From: Octopus bimaculoides
Taxonomy: Eukaryota
Reading direction: 5' to 3'
Length of the DNA: 64,000 nucleotides
NCBI RefSeq assembly: GCF_001194135.2
Contig: NC_069007.1
Coordinates: 10,709,536-10,773,535, forward strand
Shown: piece by piece, positions 1 to 9,078 of the stretch
Layout: every line of letters begins with the position of its first letter
Position numbering within the stretch: the first letter of the stretch is position 1
Translations under genes and position numbers: made by a program
The notes under the pieces: model-generated
Told to the model about the DNA's origin: nothing
The model's database searches: none
What the model saw: only the letters and a program-made list of their open reading frames with translations

Positions 1-104
1 GTGTAATGGGGGCTTTTACATGCCACCAGCATGGGTGCCGGTTGCGTGACACCAATATCTGCAATGACGACAATTTTCCTTGGCTTGATGGCTCTTCTAT
101 TCAA

Positions 105-290
105 GGACAACATATTCTTTTTTTGGGGAGGGGACCAGTCGATTAGATTGACCCAGTACGCAACTAGTACTTAATTTATTGACCCCGAAAGGACGAAAAG
201 CAAAGTCAACTTTGGTAGAATTTGAACTCAGAATGTAAAGACATGAAATACCGCTAAGTATTTCGCCCAGCGTGCTAACGATTCTGCCAC
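105..290 (-). mobile_element. tRNA-derived SINE, family A (head GAGCTGGCAGAA..GTTAGCACGCCGGGCGAAATGCTTAGCGGTATTTC)
   Basis: Matches the copies at 6490-6660, 15091-15310, 22615-22808, 53441-53672 and 59476-59908, with a B-box-like GAGTTCAAATT on the minus strand. Confidence 0.8.
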
Positions 291-751
291 CTTTCAAGCA
301 CTGCATATTGCCAAAGGCCTCAGTCATTTGTCGTTGCCTCTGTGAGGCCCCAAATCTTGAAAGGTGCTCTTTACATGCCACCAGTATGGGTGTTAGCTAT
401 GCAACACCAGCATCAGTGTGGCCCAATACTTGAAACGTGATCGTTACATTCCACTGGCATGGATACCAGTTACATGACACTGACAATGGCCACAACTATG
501 ATTTCACTTGGTTGTTGTTGGTGAATAATTGAAAGGACACAATTGATCCCTTCAAGAAAAAACCATCATTCCTAATTGCCCGTGACCAGGTGAAGCGGAA
601 AAAGTGGAGAAACTGGAGGCACAGGCAGTTATGTTCATTGATTGTTTTCGTTTCTGAAAGTGTTGCTGCTGCTTATTTAATACAGGTAGCAGTGAAATGA
701 TCAGAGAATAGAAGATGGCTTCAGAGAGCTGTGAAAGAAGGAAATGCAGAT

Positions 752-1063
752 ATGCAGATGTGGGAATTAGCAACCAGCTTAGAATTTAGAAGACAGTACT
801 CCCACTGTCTTCTTGACACTGGAAGGAAAAGCTATAGAAGTTGTGCAAGAAATAGATATCGCTATTATAAATACTGATGATTAAATGGGATAACTATACC
901 AGAAATTGGATACACCTTTCCATAGATTGAAACCAATTATTGTTTATCGTGTATGAACCATTTGAACAATATGAACAACCAAAGGAAATGACAGGGAGTG
1001 ACTATTTCATCCAGTGTAATCAACGTGTTGCAGGACATGGAAACAACAAAATAATTTACCTGA
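752..1063 (+). pseudogene. Degenerate LTR-retrotransposon Gag relic
   Basis: Hand translation across a frameshift and stops gives MQMWELATSLEFRRQ/..VFLTLEGKAIEVVQEIDIAIINTDD*MG*LYQKLD, which resembles the N-terminus of invertebrate LTR-element Gag. Confidence 0.45.
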
Positions 1064-1080
1064 CACTTGTAATTGTGTGT

Positions 1081-1347
1081 ATCATCATCATCATCGTTGT
1101 CGTTTAACGTCCGATTTCCATGCTAGCATGGGTTGGACGGTTCAACCAGGGTCTGCACCAGGCTCCAGTCTGATCTGGCAGTGTTTCTACAGCTGGATGC
1201 CCTTCCTAACGGTAACCGCTCCAAGAGTGTAGTGGGTGCTTTTTACGTGCCACCAGCACAGGGGCCAGAGGAGGCTGGCAACGGCCACGATCAGTTGGTG
1301 CTTTTTATGTGCCACCGATACGGAAGCCAGTCAAGGTGGCACTGGCA
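1081..1347 (-). mobile_element. SINE/LINE-tail family C ending in (GAT)n
   Basis: CATCATCATCGTTTAACGTCCG..CTACAGCTGGATGCCCTTCCTAAC recurs at 27997-28333, 42680-42890, 47015-47318, 51240-51352 and 60507-60657. Confidence 0.75.
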
Positions 1348-1436
1348 GACATAGAAAAGCACAAATCTGACATCAGGAAAATGGGTAACTGATGAAAGCT
1401 ATGATGTGTGTGCTAATTCCGTCTGCTATGTCAAAG

Positions 1437-1851
1437 CAGATAAAATACGTTTTGTGTGACTACACACCCAATGCTTCATCAGAAACCAACTCCTGTTGCA
1501 GTGAAAATAAAATATAAAAAAAGGTTGGATGTTATTTATAACAAAAGAAAAGTGTGGACTTGAAATAAAGTGCATTATGATCATACAAAGATTCAATCAT
1601 AGACATATTTCTTGGAGGTCTTATCATCAGATCTTATCTGGTGTCCTTTTTTATAACACCTCCCACTACTTCAACAGCTTGAATGTTGGAAAAGATGCCT
1701 ACATGACCAGTGATCGGAGTACAATTTATTTCAAGTTCCCTGTTTGGTTTGGTTGTAAGAAACATCCAACCTTTTTTTTATTGTTATTGCAATTGGAGGA
1801 GTGCTGGTTTCTGATGAAGAGTTGGGTGTGTGTCCACACATATTTTATCTG
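1437..1851. repeat. Old inverted repeat pair (arms about 1437-1585 and 1710-1851) with Penelope-like CTGATGAAG..AAACG ends
   Basis: The arms align as reverse complements (CACACCCAA..CTTCATCAGAAACCA; AAAAAAAGGTTGGATGTT; ACTTGAAATAAA). Confidence 0.6.
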
Positions 1852-2041
1852 TGACAAACGTTGTGTTGATGAATCAACAACAAAGGAGATGATGATTTCA
1901 TGTTTTTCAGAGAGACAATTGGTTCTGTAGTCATGGGTAGTGATGCTTCTGGAACTGTATATGGCACAAAGCAGAATGTGTTTTGGAAACACTATCAGAT
2001 CAAATAAGATAGGAGATCTGGGAAGGAAAAAAATACGTTTG

Positions 2042-2480
2042 CACTGGTGTAGCTAGAGTGTGTGCCACTTGGGGCGGCCCTTTCGTTTGCCATCCCCGGA
2101 CCCCACAGAATACACATATTGCCTACAGCAGACCCAAAAGTGCTGCCCAGGCAAAATTTACAGAGCTGTGATTGAGCATTCCTTTCCCATCAGTAGCAGA
2201 GAAACACAGCTGTTCTGTATGTATTTGTCCACTGTCTTGGCATTGCCAACTGGTGGAGTTATGTTGAACAGCTGTTGTTGTGCGTGAACATTTGACTCTT
2301 ATAAGCCAAGTCCATAGTAACGGTTGCCCAGCCACCTTCTTTTAATCAGGCAGGTAAGGCAGTTTTTCTTTGTCCAGTGGGTATGGTAAAAGAGATTGTC
2401 AAGTGGATGAGGTTGAGAGGTTTGAGGACAGAGACATTCCTCTTTGGTACTGTCTTCACTGGGTTAACTTACTGAGGTTT
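2042..2480. mobile_element. Possible hAT-type DNA transposon end relic
   Basis: The start CACTGGTGTAGCTAG..GGGGCGGCCC resembles CAGTGGCGTAGCT-type termini. There is no intact ORF. Confidence 0.3.
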
Positions 2481-3039
2481 AGGTTTATTTTTTCTATTAA
2501 TTTCTTTAAGAGAAAAAAAACATTAATTTGAAAAAGATGCAACTCAAAATGACATAAGTTGAGATATGCCTGTATATATATATATATATATAAATATATA
2601 TGTTGTTGTATTTGGGGATGGTCATGTTGCCAGTTTAGCTAATAAAAACACACGCACTGTATATTTGGTGTTAATTTGCTTCAGCTTTATATTACATTAC
2701 ATTAATCCTATTTCGGCCAGAGTTCTTTCGTCACACTTCTGTGACCTCATCAGTGGTCCTTTGCTCTCTTCTTTGATGTAAAAATAGATTTTTTTGCACA
2801 CACACACACACACAAAATTGGTACTATTCAAGAAGAGTGGTCCTGGTGCGCGCACTCGCTAGTCGATCCTACAACGATTATCTAACGTGAATGCGCAAAA
2901 CATGTATGAGGGTTCTTTTAAAACAAAGTAAATAAAACACACTGTTTGTAAACATGTCAAGTAAATAAACACGTAGAATCATAACAATGCCTTCAGTGAG
3001 TTGTTTATTATCCCATCAAGAACAAAATAATACATAACA

Positions 3040-3049
3040 TGGTGGCAGC
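3040..3049 (+). promoter_or_regulatory. Primer-binding site TGGTGGCAGC
   Basis: Lies immediately after the LTR end and is complementary to the 3' end (..GCUGCCACCA) of eukaryotic tRNA-Leu(AAG/UAG)-type tRNAs. Confidence 0.75.
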
Positions 3050-3165
3050 AATAAATACTAATCGAAAACAGTGCCTTTACAACAAAACAGGAAAACAACA
3101 AACCTAAAATTTAACAAACTGAATATTGCTTCGTCTTCGGGGACACACACACGAGGATCAAAAAA

Positions 3166-3960
3166 ATGGCAGCCTCCGTCGCCGTACAGATGAATCTACA
3201 TCCGACCATGAACTGGTACGTGGATGATATCGTGGAAGCGTTCAAGAAATTTAAACAGAAAACTCAACTGGCTTTCAAAAGCTTCCTTAAAGGTACAACT
3301 GCCGATGAAAAGGGAAGCTACATCCTTTTATGGACGGGAGAGAAGGGTCTAGACCTATTCAATAGTTGGGATATGTCAGAATCGGATTGCAATAATCCAG
3401 ACATACTTTTAGAGAAATTTGAAAGGCACCTAGAGCCCAGATCAAACCATAGAATTCATAGGTATGAATTCCAGGGCCTGAAACAAGACCCACAAGAAAC
3501 AACTGACAACTTCCTGTCCAGACTAAAGAATGTTGCCGAGAAGTGCAAATTCAAAGAAAAGGACGAAAGGATTGCTGATCAACTTCTATGGGGGTGTGCT
3601 CATAAAGAAGTCCAGAAATCTCTCATCGGTAAGGATGCTCTCCAGCTGGCAGAGGCAGTAGATACTGCAAGAGCATTCGAAGCCACTACCAAACAAATGG
3701 CATCACTTACTTTACAAACAAACACAGTAGGCAGCAGTGTAGATATTGTATCTAGACATAAGACGAAACATACCCACAAACAGAGAACATGCCAGTACTG
3801 TGGTACAGAGCATGAGTTCAATGACCTGAGGAAATGTCCTGCATTCGGTACACACTGCAAAGCATGTGGAAAACCCAACCACTGGGGAAAAATGTGTAGA
3901 CTAGCAAAATCTCAAAAATATAAGCCCCAATTTTCAAAGTGGAGTGGTAAGAGAAGATAA
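3166..3960 (+). CDS. Gypsy Gag (264 aa) with CCHC zinc knuckle
   Basis: The ORF contains CKACGKPNHWGKMC (CX2CX4HX4C) and a typical Gypsy capsid region (FLSRLKNVAEKCKF..IADQLLWG). Confidence 0.9.
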   Translation: MAASVAVQMNLHPTMNWYVDDIVEAFKKFKQKTQLAFKSFLKGTTADEKGSYILLWTGEKGLDLFNSWDMSESDCNNPDILLEKFERHLEPRSNHRIHRYEFQGLKQDPQETTDNFLSRLKNVAEKCKFKEKDERIADQLLWGCAHKEVQKSLIGKDALQLAEAVDTARAFEATTKQMASLTLQTNTVGSSVDIVSRHKTKHTHKQRTCQYCGTEHEFNDLRKCPAFGTHCKACGKPNHWGKMCRLAKSQKYKPQFSKWSGKRR

Positions 3961-4011
3961 AGAGATGTACATGCCCAACATCTGGAAGAAAACACCTCAG
4001 AGGAGTAATTC

Positions 4012-5480
4012 TTGGCAGTCGGCACAATAAATGTGCATGAGATGGGAAATGACAACCAGAAAAAAAATGAGGCATATACAACAATACAAATTCAAAGGAA
4101 GTCAGGCAAGAAACGAATTATCATTGACTTAAAGCTGAAGATTGACACTGGAGCCCAGAGTAATATCTTACCTATCAACCTCTACAAAAAGATGTTCCCA
4201 GAACACATGATACAAGAGGATAAAGTCAAAGAAGGAATCATCACTGCATAAGGAGGTACCAGGATTCCACAACTGGCCAAAGCAACCATTACAGGGACAC
4301 ACAAAGGAAAAATAATCAAGTGTTCTTTTTATGTCGCAAGAACAGGACCTGCAATTCTTGGACTTGATACCTGTCAAAAGCTTAATATTGTGTCAGTCAA
4401 CGGTGAAGTGAAGGCAGCTCCAAGCAGGATTGACAGAAATATGCCTATCAAAAACCTCACAAAATCACCAGCCAGACTATCCTCACATGATAAACAGGAG
4501 ATGGAAGGACTAAGTGTCAAGGTCCACCACATTGTAAATGTGACAAACACAAAGCTGGAACAAATCAAAGAGACCAGCAAAGACGAAGAACTCCAGCTCC
4601 TTACTCAGATGGTGATTCAGGGGTGGCCAGAGAAGAGACATCAGGTGCAGCCCCTCATTCGTGAATATTGGGCCATCCACGATGACATAGCAGTGGAAAA
4701 TGGAATCCTGATGGCTGGATCCCGAATAATTATACCCAAATCAATGCAAAAAGAAATTCTAGAAAAGATCCACCAAGGGCATCTGGGAATGGAAAAATGC
4801 AAACTCTGAGCCAAGTCAGCTGTATATTGGGTAGGCATGTACAAAGATATAGAAAAGATGGTTTCTGCATGCCACATCTGTCAAAAGTACAGGAACACAC
4901 AACGAAAGGAGGAAATGATATCCAGTGACATTCCAAGAAGGCCATGGCAAACTATTGGAGTAGATCTGTTCACAACGAACCAAGAATTGTACTTGATTAT
5001 GGTCTGCTACTACTCCAAATTCCCATTTGTGAGAAAAGTGAAAGACCTGAGAGCCAAAACAATAACTACAGTGGCTCGAAGACTTGTAGCAGAGCAAGGA
5101 ATACCAGAGCAGATCATTTGTGACAATGGAACCCAGTTCACATCTCAAGAATTCAAAAAGCCAGCCAATGAGTATGGGTTCAACATTGTAACCTCATCTC
5201 CACACTACCCCAAAGGTCATGGATTCATTGAAAGACAGGTGCAGACCGTCGAGAGAACATTTGTCAAATGCTGAGAAACCAAGGAAGATTCACACCTGGC
5301 TCTTTTGTCCCTACGAGCAGACATGAAATGCCCAGCAGAAATGCTGAATGGTAGGAAATATAAGACCACCCTGCCAACTAAGATCCAACCTCCTATTGAC
5401 CAGGAAGAGACAAGGGCAAAGCTAGCAGCCACTCAAGAACAAGCACACAAATATTGCAACATGCACAATATTTACCTGGA
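4012..5480 (+). pseudogene. Gypsy pol relic (protease, RNase H stub, integrase) with in-frame stops
   Basis: ORFs starting at 4012, 4390, 4837 and 5305 share the gag frame and are separated by point stops at 4249, 4807 and 5272. No RT motifs (no YxDD) are present. Confidence 0.88.
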
Positions 5481-5553
5481 TCAACTTTCTAAATGCGAAT
5501 TACCAACAAAGAAAAAAAATTTTTATGTAAAAATAGATTTTTTTTGCACACAC

Positions 5554-6427
5554 ACTGAAGACATGATTATGATTGTACGTGTTTTACTTGACATGTTTAC
5601 AAACAGTATCTATAGCGGAGTGATACACACTGTGCGTATCTGCCCTAGACACAGTTCATACAGCTTAGTAGATGCGCTTAACAAAATAGTACTACTAGTG
5701 GGGATGTATTCATACATACGTATACCTACGCATGCACATAGATATGAAAGTGTAACATCCCTTCTTGAAAAAAAAAAGGATATTTTGGCAATGAAAAAAT
5801 AGAAGTAATCTCCCTTATACTAATGGATTGTCAGCGCAAGGGTGGCAATCCTGCAGCAGAAACCGTGGGATTATTCTGCCCACACACATGGTTTTCTGCT
5901 TCCTAATCCAGCAGAAGTAGTTGTTTTATTATTTTTCTCTTTTAACGGTATCGAATCGGTGGATCTTGTTCTCTGCACTGGTGTCTGAGGTGTGTCGTTG
6001 GGCTGCTGATGGGTGGTTGGTGTCCGTTGGGGTGATGATTCTGTGGAAACACGGATTCTGTTTGTGCCGTCATCTGCTGTGCATGTTGTGGTTCTTGTTG
6101 GTGTTGTCACTGATGCTGCAGGTGTTGCGCGTGTTATTCTCGATAGCTTTGGTGTTGGGCGGATGTGGGCCCGTTTACGTCTCAGCTGCCTACCAGATTC
6201 AGTTTCTATAATGTACGATCTTGGAGTTTCAGCTCTACTGACAACTTGTGCTGGGATCCATGTTTTAGTTATAGGATCTTGAGTATGCACATGTTGTCCT
6301 CCAAGTATCTCAGGTAAATATTGTGCATGTTTGTTGTAATATTTCTGCGCTTGTTCTTGAGTGGCTGCAAGCTTTGCCCTTGTCTCTTCCTGTTCAATAG
6401 GAGGTTGGATCTTAGTAGGCAGGGTGG
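5554..6427 (-). mobile_element. Second Gypsy fragment in opposite orientation: integrase C-terminus, PPT and partial 3' LTR
   Basis: ORF 5871-6452 repeats TTLPTKIQPPI(D/E)QEETRAKLAATQEQA and continues through the integrase C-terminal region. The PPT AAGAAGGGA (5758-5766) is followed by the LTR start TGTTACA at 5757. About 55 bp at 5554-5608 is the reverse complement of the 5' LTR segment 2941-2998. Confidence 0.88.
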
Positions 6428-6660
6428 TCAAGAACGAAAGAATACATAACATTCACATATTTCACAGCAAAATGGTTTTCCTATGGTGTATATTCTTTTC
6501 TACTCGAGGCACAAGGCCCGAAATTTTGGAGAATGGGATCAGTCGATTAGATCGACCCTAGTACGCAACTGATACTTAATTTATCGACCCCGAAAGGATG
6601 AAAGGCAAAGTGAAGCTCGGCGGAGTTTGAACTCAGAACGTAAAGACAGACGAAATACCG

Positions 6661-8335
6661 ATTTCTTTATTACCCATAAAGGGTTATACAAAGAATTTTT
6701 AAGACATCACAAAACATAAAGACAATACAAAACGCAACAAACATAAAATCGGGGAACTAAAAATTACAAAAGCGAATGATAATAGTAGAAGAAAAATTAA
6801 AATAAAATGATAATATGCAAGAATGAAAAAATGAGGCGCAATGTCCACTCGGGTGGTTACATTTATCCAGTTTTTCACTTTTACGTTCAACATCATGTAA
6901 ACATTTTAACAGTTTTGCAACTCAAAAAATTGAAATACTCGCGTTATTTTTCTCCCATTAATCACTGTTACTTCCGTCCTTATCAACTGTAAGTAATCAG
7001 TTCTAGGGGGTGGTGTCTCCACCAACCATACCCTTTTCGTTATTATATCTTCACCAAGTTCTTTTATGTAATCCCAGTAGTTTTCCTCACGTATCAAAAT
7101 GCATTTCTCAGCACATTTCTCTGGCATCTTCACTCTTATTATTTCCTCCAATCTCTCGACTTTACTCTCCATCTGCTCACAATTCTCATACTTTATCAAA
7201 ACCCCCTTGTATTGGACATCTTTATCCGTTCTCTCCTCCTCTTCTTGTACATTATTAGTTTCTGGCTTTTCTATCTCTTTTTTGTTTTCTGTTGACCGTT
7301 CCTTTGACTTATTTTTCTTTTGCTTTTTCAGGTTAGTAGCTCCATTTTCGTTCTTCTCCTTTGTTTTCTCTGTTTCACACTTTTGTCTCTCTTTCAATTC
7401 CTCAGTATGATCTACAATGTTTTCCTCCTCTGCTTGTGCTTTCTCTTGCTGTGGCTGTGTGAACTCATATAGGGGGCATTTGGTCTTCATATGACCTCTT
7501 TCCCCGCATATGTAGCAATTTGGTTTCCTTCCCTCGACTACAACATTTAACGTTCCCTCATCCTCCACTTCTATCTGGTAGGGAATTCTTTCTATGTCCT
7601 CGAATGTGGCAAAAAGCCACATTTCGAGTTCAAATCCCCACCATTTGTGCACTTTTGATTTCGCCACTGGTCCCACTTCCAGCTCCTCCATGGTTGCAGC
7701 CAGCACTGTTGCAACCAGCCACTCTGGTTTAATTTCTGGTGTAACTCTGGGAATACGTATTTTCACACTACTTCTTCCTCTATAACTTGGTAGTAATGCT
7801 ATTTTTTCATTTCTTAAAATGTTGGTTGCATGCTTGGTTGCCTCTTCTATAGTGGCGAACCTCACCTCTACCGTACCGAACTTTCTTCCTCTGTTGATGT
7901 ACGTGGCTTCATTCACAATTCCACCCAGGCACTCCTCGATTTCCTCTTCCGTCACCATTTCAATTTTACAGGTTTCGACAGCCTGGGTACGATAAACAAC
8001 TGTCCTCAGAATTTTGTCTTCTTTAGTCTCTTTTGGGGGGCACAATTTGTATGAGTCTCCCTCTACTTCTATCAAATTCCTGCTTCTGGTCACCTCCTCC
8101 ATATCCAACTCGATCAATTTGGTTTCCAGCGGCACTGGCTTCCTCGCCGCAGTGGCCTTGGCGTAGCTCTCCATACTGGAGACACTACTACTTGCCATAG
8201 CTGCGGAAAAATGCAGCGGCTCGCATGAAACGTAACAGCAATAATTCCACAAAAATCACAATTATTTACAGAGACAACTTCACATAGTTTTCACAAAGTA
8301 ACACAACAGTATTCACAATAAATCACAGAGCCGTT
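6661..8335 (-). mobile_element. ORF1-only non-LTR retroelement, 1675 bp (Tx1/L1-like ORF1, no RT)
   Basis: A 6-bp TSD ATACCG lies at 6655-6660 and 8336-8341. The element has a single ORF, a T-rich 3' UTR and a 3' end ..GGGTAATAAAGAAAT. Confidence 0.85.
6906..8252 (-). CDS. LINE ORF1-like nucleic-acid-binding protein (448 aa; 430 aa from MASSS at 8198): probable RRM-like region, CCHC knuckle and K/E-rich tail
   Basis: Intact ORF with N-terminal SYAKAT, an RRM-like GTVEVRFATIEEA, and VVVEGRKPNCYICGERGHMKTKC (CX2CX4HX4C). Confidence 0.85.
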   Translation of the reverse strand: MWNYCCYVSCEPLHFSAAMASSSVSSMESYAKATAARKPVPLETKLIELDMEEVTRSRNLIEVEGDSYKLCPPKETKEDKILRTVVYRTQAVETCKIEMVTEEEIEECLGGIVNEATYINRGRKFGTVEVRFATIEEATKHATNILRNEKIALLPSYRGRSSVKIRIPRVTPEIKPEWLVATVLAATMEELEVGPVAKSKVHKWWGFELEMWLFATFEDIERIPYQIEVEDEGTLNVVVEGRKPNCYICGERGHMKTKCPLYEFTQPQQEKAQAEEENIVDHTEELKERQKCETEKTKEKNENGATNLKKQKKNKSKERSTENKKEIEKPETNNVQEEEERTDKDVQYKGVLIKYENCEQMESKVERLEEIIRVKMPEKCAEKCILIREENYWDYIKELGEDIITKRVWLVETPPPRTDYLQLIRTEVTVINGRKITRVFQFFELQNC

Positions 8336-8394
8336 ATACCGCTAAGCATTTCGCCCGGCGTGCAAACGTTTCTGTCCTACAGTATATATTAATT

Positions 8395-8525
8395 TGTGTG
8401 TTATTATGTCACTGTTAGAAGTGAATAATCTTCCACATTTTTCATAATAAAAGGGTTTCTCTCCAGTGTGAATACGTTTTTGAACTGCAAGACAGAAAGA
8501 TTTGCCACAGATATCACAGTAATAT
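8395..8525 (-). pseudogene. Degenerate C2H2 zinc-finger relic (about two fingers)
   Basis: Minus-strand translation gives YYCDICGKSFCLAVQKRIHTGEKPFYYEKCGRLFTSNSDIITHK. The first finger has an internal deletion and lost His; the second has lost a Cys. Confidence 0.75.
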
Positions 8526-9078
8526 GTTTTTATTATTATTTTTTTAAATAGTATATTTGATTGGTGAGTGTGTAAGAAGGCTTCCAGTAATGTATATATG
8601 TTTTATATGAATGTAAAAATAAATATCCGAAGGCAATATTCTTTCGTTAATAAACATAATTTATTCCTTGACCACACACGTGGTAGTAGGAAGCACATGC
8701 CAAGGTAATTAAGGGTGTAGTGAGAGACATGAGATAATTTCTTCATAACATCCGAGGTAGTTAGATTTGGTACTTAATAGCTGCAAGATGTAAATATCCA
8801 ATGCGTTGCGTAGTTGTGAAGCGAGGTAGAAATCCCATGGCAGTAAACGCGTTTTTTAATTGGCGTTAAATCAGCAACGTGTTTTGTCAAATGGACGATC
8901 TATCAGCGACGGATGTTCACATCGCAACGGTCAAATGGTAACAGAAATTTTACCATTCAAAACTGGCGCACTTTACCGCTGGGCAGAAGTAGTCACATGT
9001 ATCCTTCCGCAACCAGCAGTAATTGGATGTTTTGAGCGTAGCACGACTGTGCTCTGCCGTCACAACAAAATAGTCTCG

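Larger units (their letters stand above)
2820..5480 (+). mobile_element. Ty3/Gypsy LTR retrotransposon fragment: partial 5' LTR, PBS, gag, protease, RNase H stub and integrase; RT absent; 3'-truncated
   Basis: The LTR end ..ATAACA at 3039 is followed by a PBS. Gag has a CCHC knuckle, the protease has DTGA, and the integrase has the HH-CC finger and D-D-E residues (GVDLF, CDNG, IERQV). Confidence 0.92.
6490..8376 (-). mobile_element. Family A SINE split into 6490-6660 and 8336-8376 by an insertion
   Basis: Removing 6661-8335 and one ATACCG restores the contiguous ..GACGAAATACCGCTAAGCATTTCGCCCGGCGTGC seen in intact copies, for example at 15251-15285. Confidence 0.9.

Noticed and set aside
8950-9078. 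In-frame 42-codon Cys/Trp-rich extension after the ZNF TAG stop
   Set aside because: It has no recognisable domain or strong read-through signal, and its length is within chance.
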